Assembly (NCBI GenBank): GCA_965202585.1
Contig: OZ241832.1
Span: 57,226,001-57,290,000, forward strand
DNA length: 64,000 bases
Source of the DNA: Thalia democratica
Taxonomy: Eukaryota
Reading direction: 5' to 3'
Shown here: in pieces, positions 62,801-64,000 of the stretch
Layout: every line of letters begins with the position of its first letter
How positions within the stretch are numbered: position 1 is the stretch's first letter
Position numbers and translations under genes: made by a program
Notes under the pieces: model-generated
Databases searched by the model: none
Told to the model about the DNA's origin: nothing
The model's input: the letters and a program-made list of their open reading frames with translations, nothing else

Positions 62801-63684
62801 ATTATTTTTTGAGATATGACCGGTCAAAGTCGGGCCGCATAATATGTTCCCTATGGGAAGGTAAAACTAAAACAGCGAAAAAAGACCATTTTATTTAAAA
62901 TCTATCTCCTACATTTTTCAAGCTATCTTCTTCAAACTTTCACAGTCTAATCTTTATACAATAACAAAAAAACGTTGTTTTGGAATTAAAAAAAAAATGA
63001 TTTTTTTTTATTTTGCAAAAAAAACACTTTTATTTTATTTTTGTGATAAAATTTTTATTTTCTTTTCAATACTAAAATTCTAAAGTAACGTTTTTTTCTT
63101 TTACTATAAGGAACGTTTCCTGAAAATTTGAAGAAAATTGCTTGAAAAATGAAGGAGGAGATAGATTTTTAGTGAATTTTTAAATTTCCGAGAAAATTGA
63201 CCCCAAAAAATTTGCGGTCCATACGTTTATATAGGAAAATTAAAATAAAAATTAAATATCTCAAAAGTTAAATAAAATTTTTAATTCTATAAAAACTGGC
63301 ATGGAGTTTTCATATAAAAGCTAAAGTTAATTTTTGTAAAAAAAAAAAATGTTGGACCCCCCTATGGCCTTAACAAACTAACAAATGAGTTGGTGATTTA
63401 TTTTGCATGGGTTGTGTTGGAATACTGGATATTTACTAACAAACTAACAAATGAGTTGGTGATTTATTTTGCATGGGTTGTGTTGGAATACTGGATATTT
63501 ATTAACAAACTAACAAATGAGTTGGTGATTTATTTTGTGTGGGTTGTGTTGGAATACTGGATATTTATTAACAAACTAACAGATGAGTTGGTGATTTATT
63601 TTGTATGGGTTGAGTTGGAGTACTGGTAGCTGAAGGTGCAGGCATCTTCAGTTTGCTGACAACAATCCTGTTCACTTCTTCCGA
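48354..63684 (-). CDS. PPFIBP: Liprin-beta (PPFIBP-like), 3' part. Exons 63684-63581, 62303-62252, 61812-61692, 58310-58212, 57691-57577, 57160-~56969/56986, 55824-55659, 55172-55004, 53046-52853, 50981-50865, 50340-50173, 49540-49361, 48871-48812, 48383-48354
   Basis: FKRGGVRAT; three SAM domains (WLSDIGL...GKDLLQ...EIEKDLGIKNVLHAKKLKL; WVARWLDDIGLAQYK...IDGVMLHNMTV; MEWLRQIDLAEFATNLRGSGVHGAVMVLEPQF...KTLIRRH); tail TTRELGDFSKQL. Most junction phases check; the donor near 56970-56986 is ambiguous and a small exon may be missed. Confidence 0.93.
53050..54520. repeat. ~153-bp tandem repeat built from the acceptor and first ~30 nt of the liprin-beta SAM2 exon (7 clear copies), nested in a ~797-bp duplication
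   Basis: CCGTCTATCGA(C/G)GACTTGTTGAACGATTCTGG at ~53172, 53325, 53479, 53752, 53902, 54055, 54208; shared spacer at 53687 and 54484. Confidence 0.95.
56452..56663. mobile_element. Foldback/MITE-like long inverted repeat in liprin-beta intron
   Basis: ~95-bp near-perfect arms (ATAATTTATTGAAATGACG...CAGCCAGTTCAAATTT and its reverse complement) around a ~25-bp loop. Confidence 0.85.
59260..61320. repeat. Diverged ~1.0-1.15-kb tandem duplication inside a liprin-beta intron
   Basis: Shared blocks: AAAACTGCTTTACA...AAAACAGTATTTTATGAGAAAGTGATTTATC (~59267 and ~60421) and AAACAAGTTTCAACAAACAAAC (~60104 and ~61134). Confidence 0.75.
62703..63369. mobile_element. Non-autonomous DNA transposon with TTAA target duplication (Kolobok-like)
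   Basis: TTAA|GGCCATAGGGGGG ... CCCCCCTATGGCC|TTAA: 13-bp TIR, purine-starting termini, TTAA TSD at 62699-62702 and 63370-63373. Confidence 0.8.
63372..63580. repeat. 66-bp tandem repeat (3 copies) echoing the 3' end and donor of liprin-beta exon 63684-63581
   Basis: AACAAACTAACAAATGAGTTGGTGATTTATTTTG(C/T)..GGGTTGTGTTGGAATACTGG repeated with 66-bp period. Confidence 0.95.
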
Positions 63685-64000
63685 CTGTTTGAAACATAAA
63701 TATATTAATAACTTTTTAGAGATAGTCAGATACAAGTTCTTAAATTAAAAACTTACCTGCTAAAATTTATATAGTAAAATAAATTATTGATTATTTTTTA
63801 ATTTTTTTTGAGAACTACTTGCAACTTTTTATATGAAAACAGTTAATAACAATTATTTTATTAAACGCTTTTATCTTTGTTTATTTTAAACTAGACAATT
63901 CAGTATTAAAACCAACAGGTTTTGAGTTAACATATAAAATTTTGCCAAGCATATCATCTACCAAAAACTTCAAAAAAATTAAAACAAGCTTTGTTTCATT

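Noticed and set aside
63390-63629. Plus-strand ORF with a 22-aa repeat (VIYFAWVVLEYW...)
   Set aside because: Antisense reading of the 66-bp echo repeat.

Overview
AT-rich, intron-rich genomic DNA from an invertebrate metazoan (species not identifiable), with GC-richer exons. Left to right: the 3' part of an MFSD6-like transporter (+); a complete divergent Wnt (-, 6 coding exons) with GC-rich non-coding islands upstream; a locus with signal peptide + Ly6/uPAR domain + ~250 x 27-bp Thr-rich repeats + GPI signal (-, carrying a stop and frameshifts); a tight co-directional trio CTU1, EEF1E1/AIMP3-like GST-domain gene and SELENOF (-); a transposon-littered gap (MITEs, Penelope-like relic); and the 3' part of liprin-beta (-). 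The strongest signal is in SELENOF: two homologous, phase-incompatible active-site exons, each keeping Cys-X-TGA (CDU and CQU), share one SECIS, implying mutually exclusive Sec exons. A second theme is 'echo' duplication, where exon edges with their splice sites are copied into adjacent introns in three unrelated genes. Exon models were read by hand from GT/AG and reading frame. Homology calls are from remembered motifs, not database searches.
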